From positions 32,324,736-32,388,735 of the forward strand of contig NC_068983.1 in NCBI RefSeq assembly GCF_001194135.2: a stretch of 64,000 nt of DNA. The letters run 5' to 3'. Both the position numbers and the translations under genes were made by a program. How positions within the stretch are numbered: the first letter of the stretch is position 1; every line of letters begins with the position of its first letter. This document shows positions 12,957-25,731 of the stretch, in pieces. The DNA is from Octopus bimaculoides. Taxonomy: Eukaryota. The notes under the pieces are model-generated. The model was not told where the DNA came from and made no database searches. It worked only from the letters and a program-made list of their open reading frames with translations.

Positions 12957-13150
12957 AGGTGGCGAGCTGGCAGAAATGTTAGCATGCTGAGTGAAATGCT
13001 TAGAGATATTTCGTCTGTCTTTATGTTCAGAGTTCAAATTCCGTTGAGGTTGACTTTACTTTTCATCCTTTCGGGGTTGATAAATTAAGTACCAGTCGTG
13101 TACTGAGGTCAATCTAATCGTCTGACCTCCCTCCCCCAAAATTTCAGGCC
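12957..13150 (+). mobile_element. tRNA-derived SINE family B (MetaSINE-like central domain)
   Basis: aaggtggcgagctggcagaa head, gagttcaaattcc B-box, ctttcatcctttcggggttgataaattaagtaccag core resembling the Meta/Sauria-SINE domain (established knowledge, matched by eye). Confidence 0.8.
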
Positions 13151-13295
13151 TTGTGCCTAGAGTAGAAAAGCCTCTCTTTTCCATCTCAGATATTTAAAAC
13201 TTTACTTTGTTGTTGCTTAGCTCCAGAGTAGCTGGGGTTGAACAGAACTGTGATCATAGATATTCAAACCATGACCATCTCTTCATTATGAAGGT

Positions 13296-13600
13296 GCATG
13301 GCTTAGTGGCTGGGGTATTCAGCTCATGATCATAGAGTTGCGAGTTCCATTCCCAGCAGCACATTGTTTCCTTGAGGAAAACACTTTTTCATATTACTCC
13401 AGTCCACTTAGCTGGCAAAAATGAGTAGTGCCTGTATTTCAAATGGCCAGCCTTGCCATTCTGTGTCACATTGAATCTCTCTGAGAACTATGTTGAGGGT
13501 GCGTGTGTATGTGGAGTACTCAGCCACTTGCACATTAATTTCACAAGCTGGCTGTTCCATCGATTGGTTCAACTGGAATCTTCATTGTCATAACCAATGG
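13296..13600 (+). mobile_element. tRNA-derived SINE family C (Nin/Deu-like central domain)
   Basis: gcatggcttagtgg A-box, gagttccattcc B-box, ctccagtccacttagctggcaaaaatgagtag core; homologous to 27276-27606 and 42825-43110. Confidence 0.75.
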
Positions 13601-14286
13601 GGTGCCTGTTACCTCTTCATTGTTAGAGGTATATATGACATGTCTGATTTGCCTTTTCCTTATTTAACACTATAGGGTGTGATTTGAGTATAATTTGGCT
13701 GCTGTTTCTAACAAGTTGAGTGACCTCAATGAGGCTCTCTCTGATTCTACTTGACTGTATATACTTACATTTGGCCATGATGGCCAAATCAACTTATACT
13801 ACAACTAATGATTTTTTTCCTTGGTTTGTCTCTGCTTGTAAAGCTAGTCTCTTCTTTATCTCGGGGTACACCAACATCTCCCTCCTTGTTATTCCTTAAT
13901 AACCCAACATAAAGAGATGCCATGTGATGTACAACCCATTACTATTAGTAGTGAGATGGGTAGGTGAATATTGCATATTTGATGAATGTTCTTTTGTTCA
14001 ATTACAGTGCCTAGCTGAAATCCCCTCTTGGAAAAATGTCTGTAATAGACTGGTGTTCTTTTCCGGTAGAGAAATAGTTCTCAACCTTCTTTACATTTTG
14101 GAAACTAGTATATACTCATGTTTACCAAAACACTTTTCTACAATTGCTGTAGATAAGAAAAAAGGATGAAAGCATATATATCATCATCATCATCATCATC
14201 GTTTAATGTCTGCTTTCCATGCTGGCATGGGTTGGACGATTTGACACACACACACACACACACACACATCTATATCTATCTATCTA

Positions 14287-14321
<35 letters not shown>

Positions 14322-14339
14322 TCATCATCATCATATCAT

Positions 14340-14495
14340 CATCATCGTTTAATGTCCGCTTTCCATGCTAGCATGGGTTGGACGATTTGACTGAGGACTG
14401 GTGAAACCAGATGGCTACACCAGGCTCCAATCTGATTTGGCAGAGTTTCTACAGCTGGATGCTCTTCCTAACGCCAACCACTCAGAGAGTGTAGT
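14340..14495 (-). mobile_element. RTE LINE 3' tail
   Basis: catcatcgtttaatgtccgctttccatgctagcatgggttggacgatttgactgagg... is the reverse complement of the tail after the RTE ORFs at 33820-34192 and 55950-56130. Confidence 0.85.
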
Positions 14496-14929
14496 TATAT
14501 ATATATGTTATTTTTTTCCTTGGTTTTAGACTTTTTTAGAGGAAAAGGTGCCTCATTAGTTGAATGAAACCCTGTATGTAACTTAATTCAAGCCATTGGA
14601 TTCTGGAAGAGTGAAAGACAAAATTTGGTCCCATCAATATTTTGACTCAAAATGTAGTGGGATAAGATTATTCATGTTTATTGTTTGTAGCAGTTCCTGA
14701 TATTGATTGCTTGCTGAGTCACAGAGCTAATGTTTGTGAAACAGAACAGTTGATTTAAATTTGTATACTATTGGTACTTATTTTATTGAACCAAGAGATG
14801 AAAAACTGAATCTAACTTGTTCTGAACACAGAATTCAGTATGAAATTTAATTTAGTGTTTTGCCACTTTTGCTGTTTCATCCATTTCTCTACTTCTAGTA
14901 GAGAAACAGCAATAATAATGATCCTTTCT

Positions 14930-15095
14930 ATTATAGGCACAAGCTCTGAATTTTGAGAGAGGGAGTTAGTTGATTACATTGACCCCAGTGTTCAACTGGT
15001 ACTTATTTTATCAACCTCAGTAGAATTTTCTCTCAGAACATAAAGATGAAATACTGCTTAGCATTTTATCTGGCATGCTAATACTTCTACCAGCT
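14930..15095 (-). mobile_element. SINE family B copy
   Basis: ttgaccccagtgttcaactggtacttattttatcaacc is the reverse complement of the family core. Confidence 0.7.
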
Positions 15096-16229
15096 CACTC
15101 CTGTAATAATAATAATAATCATAATAATAATCATAATAATAATACAAACAGGAAATCTCCCAGGAAAAAAAGGATTAATTAATCTGTAAAATTCTTGAAC
15201 TTGTTGCTGCTACCTAACTGTATAAAAAGTAAAACAATGTTGCTCTTAGAACTGGAGAGCCAGTCATGCTGTTGTGAAACCTTTTAAAAAATTACATTAT
15301 TAAAGTATTGAAGCACAAAATCACTTTGTCAAGTTTGAAATGCATAAAGCAGTACATCTTGATGAAAAGAAAGAAAGAAAGGGAAATAGAAATTGTTTTT
15401 CTTTTTCTCAAATTCATAATCTGGGAAAACATTACAGAGATAAGGATAATTGCCAAATTTTAGGTCAGAACACTTTGTGGTTGTGGAGACACGAAAGACT
15501 TAAATATTTGTTTTGCACAGGAATATTGACAGCTTTTATGGTATTCAATTTCTTTTGATTTGGCATGTGGCCAAGTTTTGTGTGGTAGGAGGTATAGCCA
15601 ATCCCTTGTAACTTTCAACTCTGTGACAAAACATTTAGGTGTGTGGCGAAGAAATTTGGTTTGCAACTGTGTAGTTGTGGGTTCAGTCTCTCTGCATGTC
15701 ACCTTGGCATAATGTTGTCAATTATAGTTTTTGGTTGATCAATATCATAAAAGAGGAAACTGTTGTACAGAAATCTACCATTATCATCATCATCATCATT
15801 TAACATCTGCCTTCTATGCTAGCATAGAATGGACGGTTCAACAGGAATTCGAAAGTGAGAAGACTGCAGTAAGCGCTGTTGTCTGCTTTGGCATGCTTTC
15901 TACAGTTGGATGTCCTTCCATATGCAACCTCTTAACAGAGTATACTGGGTGCTTTTTACATAGTATCAACAGAAGTGAGGTCACCAAATAACAACTAGCA
16001 AGACAAAATCCCTCCACAAAGGTGTGAAGTAGTATTGAGGGACAGAAAAAAGAAGCTTTGTATTAGAGGGGAAACATGTTTACCTCAAGTGGGGAGAAAG
16101 TGGAGAGAAAGAGATGGTGAGAGAGAAGGGGTGAGTGGACTGGGATTGGAGAAGGTGAGTGGGTGGGTGAGTTCATGAGATTGTGAAAGGAGAATGATAG
16201 ATTAAGGGTGGGATGTAATGAGTGGACAT

Positions 16230-16321
<92 letters not shown>

Positions 16322-16827
16322 NNNNNNNNNNNNNNNNNNNNNNNNNNNNNNNNNNNNNNNNNNNNNNNNNNNNNNNNNNNNNNNNNNNNNNNNNNNNNNN
16401 NNNNNNNNNNNNNNNNNNNNNNNNNNNNNNNNNNNNNNNNNNNNNNNNNNNNNNNNNNNNNNNNNNNNNNNNNNNNNNNNNNNNNNNNNNNNNNNNNNNN
16501 NNNNNNNNNNNNNNNNNNNNNNNNNNNNNNNNNNNNNNNNNNNNNNNNNNNNNNNNNNNNNNNNNNNNNNNNNNNNNNNNNNNNNNNNNNNNNNNNNNNN
16601 NNNNNNNNNNNNNNNNNNNNNNNNNNNNNNNNNNNNNNNNNNNNNNNNNNNNNNNNNNNNNNNNNNNNNNNNNNNNNNNNNNNNNNNNNNNNNNNNNNNN
16701 NNNNNNNNNNNNNNNNNNNNNNNNNNNNNNNNNNNNNNNNNNNNNNNNNNNNNNNNNNNNNNNNNNNNNNNNNNNNNNNNNNNNNNNNNNNNNNNNNNNN
16801 NNNNNNNNNNNNNNNNNATAGGTATAT

Positions 16828-17025
16828 TTATATATACATATGTATGTATAGGTATATGTATATATACATATGTATGTATAGGTATATGTATATATACATA
16901 TGTATGTATAGGTATATGTATATATACATATGTATGTATGTATAGGTATATGTATATATACATATGTATGTATGTATAGGTATATGTATATATACATATG
17001 TATGTATGTATAGGTATATGTATAT
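16828..17025. repeat. 30-34-bp AT-rich minisatellite
   Basis: About six units of tataggtatatgtatatatacatatg(tatg)n next to an N-gap. Confidence 0.9.
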
Positions 17026-17029
17026 AAAT

Positions 17030-18607
17030 AAATCTTTAGTTAAATATATTCAATGAGAATATTATATACTGAATTTATATTGAGTGCTCTATTGTATCAA
17101 AGTATTAATACTATTAAAGTATTTATGTATTTAACACAAGCGATTGTATATATATCTTATAATATATTATTATTAATATCAGGAAATCAATATTGGAAAA
17201 TTCATTGGAAAGATATATACATGTGTAGAGTAATTGTTGTATTAAAGCTATATGTAACTGTGTATAAGTATAAATATATAATATAATAATAATAAAATAT
17301 AAACATGTCAGTTTAAAAATTTTGAATCAGGTTTTAAATTATCTTATGATCGTTTCACAGAAGCGCTGTCTTAATAATGGAATCCTATATTGATAAGCAT
17401 TTATAGACAAATCTTCTGCTCTTTAGAGATATAAAATTTAGAATATGCATAATTTATCGAATGGTATTTTTTAAAGATATGAAGTAATATTATAAAAGGT
17501 GTTTGTTTGAAATATAAATCAAATATTAAAAGTTACTGCTTTGCATTTTGGTAAGTACACTTTAGTATAAGACTTTAATCCATATTTTCTTCTTTGGTTG
17601 GTCTTCAGTAGTAATCCATAATAGTTATGTGTAAAATCCATTATATTATCTGTTTTTGATTTTTGGTAGATAGGCTTTAGTATGAGAATCTTGAAATTCA
17701 TATATGCCTCTTTGGTCATTCTTCTGTAGTAATCCATAATAATTGTATATAGAATCCATTACATTGTCTTGTATATGGATATAGTTCATAGACTTAAATA
17801 ATATAATGTGAAATTATGTTTGATGTTATAAAATTATAAATTGGTCAGAATGTTTATTTTATATTTTTTGTTTTTATAATTGGAAGATGCCAATTGAAAT
17901 TTTTTTTTTGATTTTTAAATTTAATGCAGTTATAACTGTCCTTTTGTTATAGATTAGATATTCAATGGTTCCAATTCCAAGATTATCAGTTCAATCTTTA
18001 TTTAATTTATAGTTTATGTCTTGTAAATGTGAGTATAGTCAAATAATTCTAATTAATTTAGCTATCAGTCTATTTGTAAGTATCACCTTATATTTTGATA
18101 CCATAAAAAAAAAGTATATGTAGTCATTAATCTAAATCTTTATTAGATCTCCTATAATATTTAAAGGTTTTATAAAGCCTATGTCTACATGTTGAAAGTG
18201 CTTCTGATTGACAATTTATTAGGTTCTTATGTTTATATAATAATATATACAGTGATTCCTTCATACAGAGACAACAACTATTAGACTTATGCGTGTATGG
18301 TGTGGCTGAATCTATTAATGACCAATCTAATTTATAGTTAATTTTGTTTTCCTTAAGTTTAGGTATATATGTAGCTAATGATGTTGTATTAGTAGCTGTG
18401 TTTGGTTTAAAGGAGTGTATATGTGCTAAAAATCTTTGTTTGAAATTTACAGAACTACCTATATATACCATACTATGTGCATTATTAATTATTGTAACTA
18501 TGCATTTATATATTACATTAAATCTTCTACAGTTGCCTTTTAAAGGGCATACTTTTTTATTTTACATGCACATTAAAACTGTTCATAAAAACTGTATATG
18601 TGTGTAT
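17030..18607 (-). mobile_element. Penelope-like element A: GIY-YIG endonuclease C-terminus plus AT-rich 3' region
   Basis: CACKIK/(frameshift)VCPLKGNC..NVIYKC..VYIGSS..FKQRF..H..SF...LDWSLI..ATPY..CCLCMKE..LINCQSE..TCRH (18127-18572). The upstream part is lost in an N-gap. The extent of the 3' region is inferred from composition. Confidence 0.85.
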
Positions 18608-19295
18608 NNNNNNNNNNNNNNNNNNNNNNNNNNNNNNNNNNNNNNNNNNNNNNNNNNNNNNNNNNNNNNNNNNNNNNNNNNNNNNNNNNNNNNNNNNNNN
18701 NNNNNNNNNNNNNNNNNNNNNNNNNNNNNNNNNNNNNNNNNNNNNNNNNNNNNNNNNNNNNNNNNNNNNNNNNNNNNNNNNNNNNNNNNNNNNNNNNNNN
18801 NNNNNNNNNNNNNNNNNNNNNNNNNNNNNNNNNNNNNNNNNNNNNNNNNNNNNNNNNNNNNNNNNNNNNNNNNNNNNNNNNNNNNNNNNNNNNNNNNNNN
18901 NNNNNNNNNNNNNNNNNNNNNNNNNNNNNNNNNNNNNNNNNNNNNNNNNNNNNNNNNNNNNNNNNNNNNNNNNNNNNNNNNNNNNNNNNNNNNNNNNNNN
19001 NNNNNNNNNNNNNNNNNNNNNNNNNNNNNNNNNNNNNNNNNNNNNNNNNNNNNNNNNNNNNNNNNNNNNNNNNNNNNNNNNNNNNNNNNNNNNNNNNNNN
19101 NNNNNNNNNNNNNNNNNNNNNNNNNNNNNNNNNNNNNNNNNNNNNNNNNNNNNNNNNNNNNNNNNNNNNNNNNNNNNNNNNNNNNNNNNNNNNNNNNNNN
19201 NNNNNNNNNNNNNNNNNNNNNNNNNNNNNNNNNNNNNNNNNNNNNNNNNNNNNNNNNNNNNNNNNNNNNNNNNNNNNNNNNNNNNNNNNNNNNNN

Positions 19296-19299
<4 letters not shown>

Positions 19300-19329
<30 letters not shown>

Positions 19330-19992
19330 CTATATATACCCGCATACACACACACATGCGCTCAACACCCTCGCACCCATACACATGCACGCAAAAATAC
19401 CCCAGAGGGCAAAAAGCAAAATACAGAAGAAAGTGTGAAAAAGCTATAAGGTTAAAATGCGTCTATATGCTCATATTTTTGCATGCTCGCACATACATCT
19501 ATATATGCACGTACCCGCACACACACACACATCCACAAGCGCGCACATAAGGTTCCATGTACGTGTCTATAGATGCACAGGAAAAAACAGGGGTGGAGGG
19601 AAGAATACAGGAAAAACATGTGGAAAATATACGAAACATTATCTCTATAAATATGTAAAAAAATATTAAAAAATATATAAGAAAACTAAGTAAAAAGTTT
19701 GGAGAGATAAAAAGCTTATACATAGACACAATATAGAAAGCAAGTCCTATCAGTAAACTCAGGAGGACCCAAAACGTAGCAAATATTTAGCCACATGTGG
19801 ACATGACCCGAAAAGTTCAGTTCTTGAATTTAGACATGTGGCGGGGTCTAAGCTGCCTTTCCAGATGAGCCATCTTTCCATATCACATAGACCGCACCTT
19901 CCGCTGCCACTGGTGTAAGGTTTGCACTTGGCTAAGATCTTCCAATGGATGTTGTAACTGACACCTTTATCTTTTAGGGGCCATATATGACT
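19300..19992 (-). mobile_element. Penelope-like element B: GIY-YIG C-terminal fragment plus 3' region
   Basis: HIWPLKDKGVSYNIHWKILAKCKPYTSGSGRCGLCDMERWLI..LNSRTELFGSCPH (19759-19992); visibly higher GC than element A. Confidence 0.85.
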
Positions 19993-20028
<36 letters not shown>

Positions 20029-20029
20029 T

Positions 20030-20200
20030 CATACGCATCACATGTCCTAACCAGTGTAGTCTTCTCTCATGCATGCCACATTTGATTCCTACTATGCCCA
20101 ATTTTTCTCTCAATACATTTGCATTTTGCCGTACATGTGCACTGATGTTGCACATCCAACAGAGCATACAACCTTCATTTCTCTCCATTCTACGCACGCA
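20030..20200 (-). mobile_element. RTE LINE ORF2 C-terminal fragment
   Basis: RNEGCMLCWMCNIS..VLREKLGI..RRLHWLGHVMRM, homologous to 55060-55434. Confidence 0.85.
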
Positions 20201-20354
20201 AGCTTGCGCCTTTATTTATTTATTTTCTTTACTAAAACATACAAAAACTATGACTTTCTGTTTTCCTTTCTGCTTATAGAATGTAAATTTGGCATCATTA
20301 AATAATGAAAGTGTATCACTGCTTTCTTTTTCAAAGAAACAAGGCTCTGAGATT

Positions 20355-20730
20355 TAAGAAGCTTGCTCTGCAATCATGGTTTTGGGTCCAGTCCCACTGC
20401 ATGGTACCATAGGCAAGTGTCTTCTACAATAGCCTTGGGCTGACCATTAGCTTGTAATTGATTTTGGTAGATAGAAACTGTGTGGAAGTCCATCGTGTGT
20501 GTGTGTGTGCATGTGTTTCCCCTTGTATTTATTGTCCTTCCTATCACTTGACAACTGGTGTTGGTTTGACTATATCTCCATAACTTAGTGATTTTGGCAA
20601 ACGGGACTGAAAGAATAACTACCAAACTTAAAAGAAACAAGTACTAGAATCCATTTCTTCAACTAGAACCCTTTAAGGCAATGCCCCGGCATGGCCACAG
20701 ACTATTGACTGAAACAAGTAAAAGATAAAA
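20355..20730 (+). mobile_element. SINE family A copy
   Basis: gggtccagtcccactgcatggtaccataggcaagtgtcttct...catggccacag...gactgaaacaagtaaaag. Confidence 0.85.
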
Positions 20731-21332
20731 TATAAATTAGGATTAGGTTAGATTGACAGACAGATATGTAGGAGATTGATAGGGATTGGAAGGAGGGAGA
20801 GAAAAATAGATTGCAGGTGGCCAGCAAGTGAATCAGGAAGTTAGATGAGCAGGCAAAATGAAACACAAGAAAAGTGGTGGTCATTAGAACTGGAAACTTG
20901 AGATCTTTGCTTTCCTTGTCATTTCTTTGACTAAAATTTCTGATATTTTAGGAGAGTTACAAAAAGATAAAAAAAACAACTTTCTTTTGCTTGTTTGTGA
21001 GCACATAAAACTGTGTGGCTATTAGATTATTTAGTGAATGACTGTGAACGAGTAGTCAGCAAATTGATGTTTTTTCACATTTTTGTTTTTTAATTTATTT
21101 ATTTATTTAAAAGAAATAAATATAATTGGTCTTGCATTTGGCCTGGCAATTAAAAGTCTGAAGAAAACTGTGTAGGCTTTCTACAAACTGCTAATTACCT
21201 AAGCCAAGATTGTATGGTTGAAAATGATCTAAATACAGTAATTACGCAAACTCTAAAAGTATCTTGCATGTGCATCATTGTATGTATATATGTGTGTGGT
21301 GTGTGCATACATGCATACATGTGTGTGTGTGT

Positions 21333-21419
<87 letters not shown>

Positions 21420-21945
21420 AGCTGGTTATTAAGCTTTAAAGAGGGAAATAGGTTAACAAATGTGTTGCCTAATTTTGTTAATTTTCTTTTTCATCTATCT
21501 TTCTGTTCTATTTTCTCTTCCCTTTTCATTAATAGAATCAAATATTGGGCTGGCTAATGCCAGGGTGATTATAATTCTGATTTACTGATGTTTAGATCAT
21601 TGGTTCAATCTTTGCCACAGGGCATTGCTTTGTAAACTTAGCTGAGACACATAACTTATTAATCTAGCTGAAAAATAAGTCTCAACTCTGCTCAGTCACA
21701 TGGGAGAATGGCTTGGTGAGTGGGGGGATGCCTGTTGCTTAAGAAGTTAACAGTAGATTGGGACTAATGTATTTAATATAGCAAGTGAAGAAATTTTAAT
21801 TACTTAAAATCACTTCATTAGTAATGAGGACATATCAATTAGTTGAATATCTAACTATGACCAATAAAAGACAACTTCAGAATTTTAAAATTCAAGTAAT
21901 TAAAAATGGAATGCAGTGGGGAGAGTGAGTTTGATCTTTAGCTGT

Positions 21946-21998
21946 ACTGTAATAACTCCAAAAAGTTTCTGTCTTATCAAACCTCATCAGATCATAGT
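21946..21998 (-). ncRNA. Candidate degenerate type I hammerhead ribozyme
   Basis: Minus strand: actatgat-CTGATGA-g-gttt(gata)agac-a-GAA-act(ttttgg)agt-T-attacagt. Stem I has 7/8 pairs, the triplet is GUU, and 10.1/11.1 is a G-A mismatch. Confidence 0.45.
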
Positions 21999-22023
21999 TG
22001 AACCTTAACTGTAACTCCTAGAA

Positions 22024-22064
<41 letters not shown>

Positions 22065-22146
22065 GACCAGTCTAAGAGTTACAGTTAAGGTTCAACTATG
22101 ATCTACTGATGAGGTTTGATAAGACAGAAAGTTGTTTGGAGTTATT
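21951..22146. repeat. ~70-bp inverted repeat around (TA)n containing hammerhead-like cores
   Basis: 21951-22022 is nearly the reverse complement of 22071-22146; each arm carries CTGATGA...GAAA. Confidence 0.85.
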
Positions 22147-23240
22147 GTGAATGCTTTTCCTGTTCCTGCTTGACCACCCCCTCTCAACACATGCATAATA
22201 GTGGCTTGCAGAATCAGTAGAGCATCGAATAAAATATTTTGCGGTATTTGTTTATATCTCTTTATGTTCCAAGTTCATATGCCACTCACTTTGACCCTGT
22301 CTTTCTTTCTTTCTTCTGTGATCTGTATGATAAGAATTAGTTGAACAGGTGTTGACTTTAATCTTTCAAAGTGGCCAAGAAAAAGAATATACATATATGT
22401 GTGTTTTACATAATATCTTCTATAATATTATACTTGTATCATGATCATTTCACTTGTGTTCTGCCATGCTGGTATGCACTGGTTGAGTCTTCTCTAGCAC
22501 AAGATCTCAGCAATTATAGTGCATTGTCATCACCATCTTTGTCATCATGATGATGAAGTTCAGCATCTTTAGATCAGCCTTCATCACTACTTTCTATTTT
22601 TTACTCGTTCTTTTTCTTCTGAAGATTCTTCTCTACTTGGATTGCTTGACACTTCTTCACCCAACTGTCTTTACTAGACACTACATGTCTATACCACAGC
22701 ATCATTATCCTCACTTGTTCACTACAGTTGACCACACTTATGCTACTTTTTTGTTTATGGTTGTTCTGGGTTTGATTCTCTGTGCAGCATCTTGGATAGG
22801 AGTTTTTTATTGTAGCTTTGGGTTGACCCAACTTTGTGAATGAAATTGGTTAAGGCAAAACTGCATAGAAGAAGCCCATTGTATAAACTATACCTAGTAG
22901 AATTAATCTGCCATCTGGTTAACACTACCATCTGATGTTCGGATGCCTATAGTGGAGATCAGTCTGTTGCAAGTAGCCAAACTAGTTATTCTTCCCTCTT
23001 TCTCCCACAGTATAAAGATCCAAGAAAACAATGTACTCTTTGGTTTCTTTTAATTAATAAACATATTTATAAAAACCCAGTATTGATGAGTTTGCAAAAT
23101 ACTTTGTGGTTATTTAGATAGAAGATATCAAAATTTTACTTTTAATTTATTTTTTCTCTCTTTTAGTGTGAAGTATTTAATTACAATATAGCTATAATAT
23201 ATTGGGTTAAATCAACTGTCTATTTTCTCTTTGTTTTTGG

Positions 23241-23282
<42 letters not shown>

Positions 23283-24474
23283 TATTTGACATGTCTCTGT
23301 CTACCTGCATACCCACATACAATTATCAAGAAAATAAACCATGGTAATAAAATAAACAGTAGTACATCTTTGTTAGTCATGATCAGCACACAGCTAAAAT
23401 CATATTTTTCATAAATGTCAGGCCTTACAGTATTTAGTATTTCGTCATGGCAACCACTCACATTTCATTCACATAGCCAAGATCACACTAAAAAGGTTAG
23501 GTTTTTTTATTGAGATTTAGAAAATTATTCAGCTTTGTAACAGCTGCTGACTCTGCGTAAGTCACTGTTCTAGTGCACTTACTGTACATTGGCAGATTGC
23601 AAACCACACCAAAAAAGATAGGGGTAAAAAGTAGCAGGTTTCTGATTGGCAAGTTTTACACTAAACAACATTCTGCAACCACTGGTTCACTGTCAGGAGT
23701 TGTTCTCTCCTCCTGTTTTATATACTATAGTATTATTCTTACTGATATTCTACTTCTCTGAATTTGCTGTCTGTATACCAAATTTTTTTAAGCCCATTCA
23801 CTGTGGCTGTCTCGTTTTTTTGCCTATCAGACTATATATGTCTTATTTTTCCAGGCTGTGCACTAAAACCATTTTTTCTATTTTTTTCTTTAGAATTAAA
23901 GCTTGTTGCTTCACTTTCTATACATATTTCATCATCTAATCACTAACCTGTAGTAGAAGAAAAATGTTTTATGTAGCTCTAGTATTGGTTTGCTATCTCA
24001 TACGGTTGAGGTTAGGTGAATGAGTGAATACAGAATCAAGACTATGATTATAAGCCATGAATTCAAATCAGCTGCAAGCATTTTGTTATGTATGGACAGA
24101 ATGCTTTATTCTGGGTTGCTTCAGCTCACCGAGCTTTTGAAAAGAGGTACCAAGTATCTGGAAATGTTATCTGTAATGGACTAGTATCTTATCCTGGTGA
24201 TATTTATCTCTCATGCATTTAATGCCAATGAGATATGCATGGATAACTGTTTAAAAAGTTTGAATCACAATTGCATATATCTGAGTTTGTCAGTGCTTTG
24301 TGAGTGGAAGTTGGGAGATGAAAACTATGCAAAAGCTCACTGTATATGTATGAATATATATATATAATGATAATGAGTAAATATTGAGGAGTGAATATTT
24401 ATATAGATATTATTATTATTAATATCTTATAACTCCTCTTTCTAGCAGGTAGGTGCCTTGTGCACCCTTATGAT

Positions 24475-24525
<51 letters not shown>

Positions 24526-24937
24526 ATCATCATCATTGTTTAGCATCTGTTTTCCATGTTGGCATGGGTTAGACAGTTTGACAAGAGCCAACAAGCCAGA
24601 GGACTGTGCCAAGCTTAGGTGTTTGCTTTGGCATGATTTCTATGGTTGGATACCCTTCCTAACATATATACTTAGTGCTTTTTACATGGCATTAGCACAA
24701 GGAAGTCACCAAGTAAATCACAAGACAAAACCCCTCAACTGAAGGGTGTAGTGTAGAGGAAGGTAATTTTATGTCAGCTGATGAGAATATGAAAGAGGGA
24801 TAGAGATAGGTGTCTTACACTAGAGAAGATACATGGCTACTCAGAAAAGGAGTGATGGTGCAAAGGTGTCAGGGTGTGTCCTCAAGTTACAGGAAGGGGA
24901 ACATAAGAGAAACAGTCTAGAGGATTGGACAGGGTGA

Positions 24938-24983
<46 letters not shown>

Positions 24984-25124
24984 TCACCCTGTCTAATCCT
25001 CTAGACCAAGTGTTCCCAACCCCCTGGGTGAACATATATATATATATATATATTTTCACTCTGTCCAATCCTCTAGACTATATATATATATATATATATA
25101 TTCACCCTACCCAATCCTCTAGAC

Positions 25125-25289
25125 CAGGGGTTCCCAACCCGTGGGGGTGGGGGTTGTGAAATCTTGGCAGTGGGTTCATGTAGTCTTGCTAGNNNNNNNN
25201 NNAAATCAAGCTGCTGATAGTAGGGGGTCATATGGGTTTCAAGCTTTTGGGTAAGGGGGTTGTGAGTGCAAAAATGGTGGGAACCTCTG
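25125..25289. mobile_element. hAT-type MITE with 8-bp TSD
   Basis: TIRs caggggttcccaacc / ggtgggaacctctg; perfect TSD ctctagac at 25117-25124 and 25290-25297; contains a 10-N gap. Confidence 0.85.
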
Positions 25290-25327
25290 CTCTAGACCAT
25301 ATATATATATATATATATATATATATC

Positions 25328-25680
25328 ATCATTTAGCGTCCGTTGTCCATGCTGGCATGGGTTGGATGGTTTGACAAGGGCTGGTAAGCTGAGAGGCTGC
25401 ACTAGACTCCAGTCTGATTTGGCATGGTTTCTATGGCTGGATACCCTTCCTAACACCAACCATTCTGAGAGTGTAATGGGTGTTTTTACAGGCCACCAGC
25501 GTGGGTGCCAGTTGTGTGACACCAGCATCTGCCATAACAACAATTTCACTTGCTGGGTCTTCTTCTCAAGCACGGCATATTGCTAAAGGTCTTGATCCTT
25601 TATCATTGCCTCTGTGAGGCCCAGCGCTCAAAAGGTGCTTTTTACATGCCACCAGTATGGGTGCTAGTTACGCAGCACTG
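25328..25680 (-). mobile_element. RTE LINE 3' tail
   Basis: catcatttagcgtccgttgtccatgctggcatgggttggatgg...ccttcctaacaccaacc. Confidence 0.8.
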
Positions 25681-25687
25681 CCATTGA

Positions 25688-25731
<44 letters not shown>

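Noticed and set aside
17335-17385. Minus-strand ttaaga-cag(cgctt)ctg-t-GAAAcgatcata, hammerhead-like
   Set aside because: The CUGANGA core is not present and stem I is unconvincing in very AT-rich sequence.
16173-19550. Long ORFs in the track (also at 5008-5380, 59016-60961, 63327-63992)
   Set aside because: They are read-through of N-gaps and (TA)n/(CA)n/(TG)n microsatellites (YIYI, HTHT, VCVC) and carry no protein signal.
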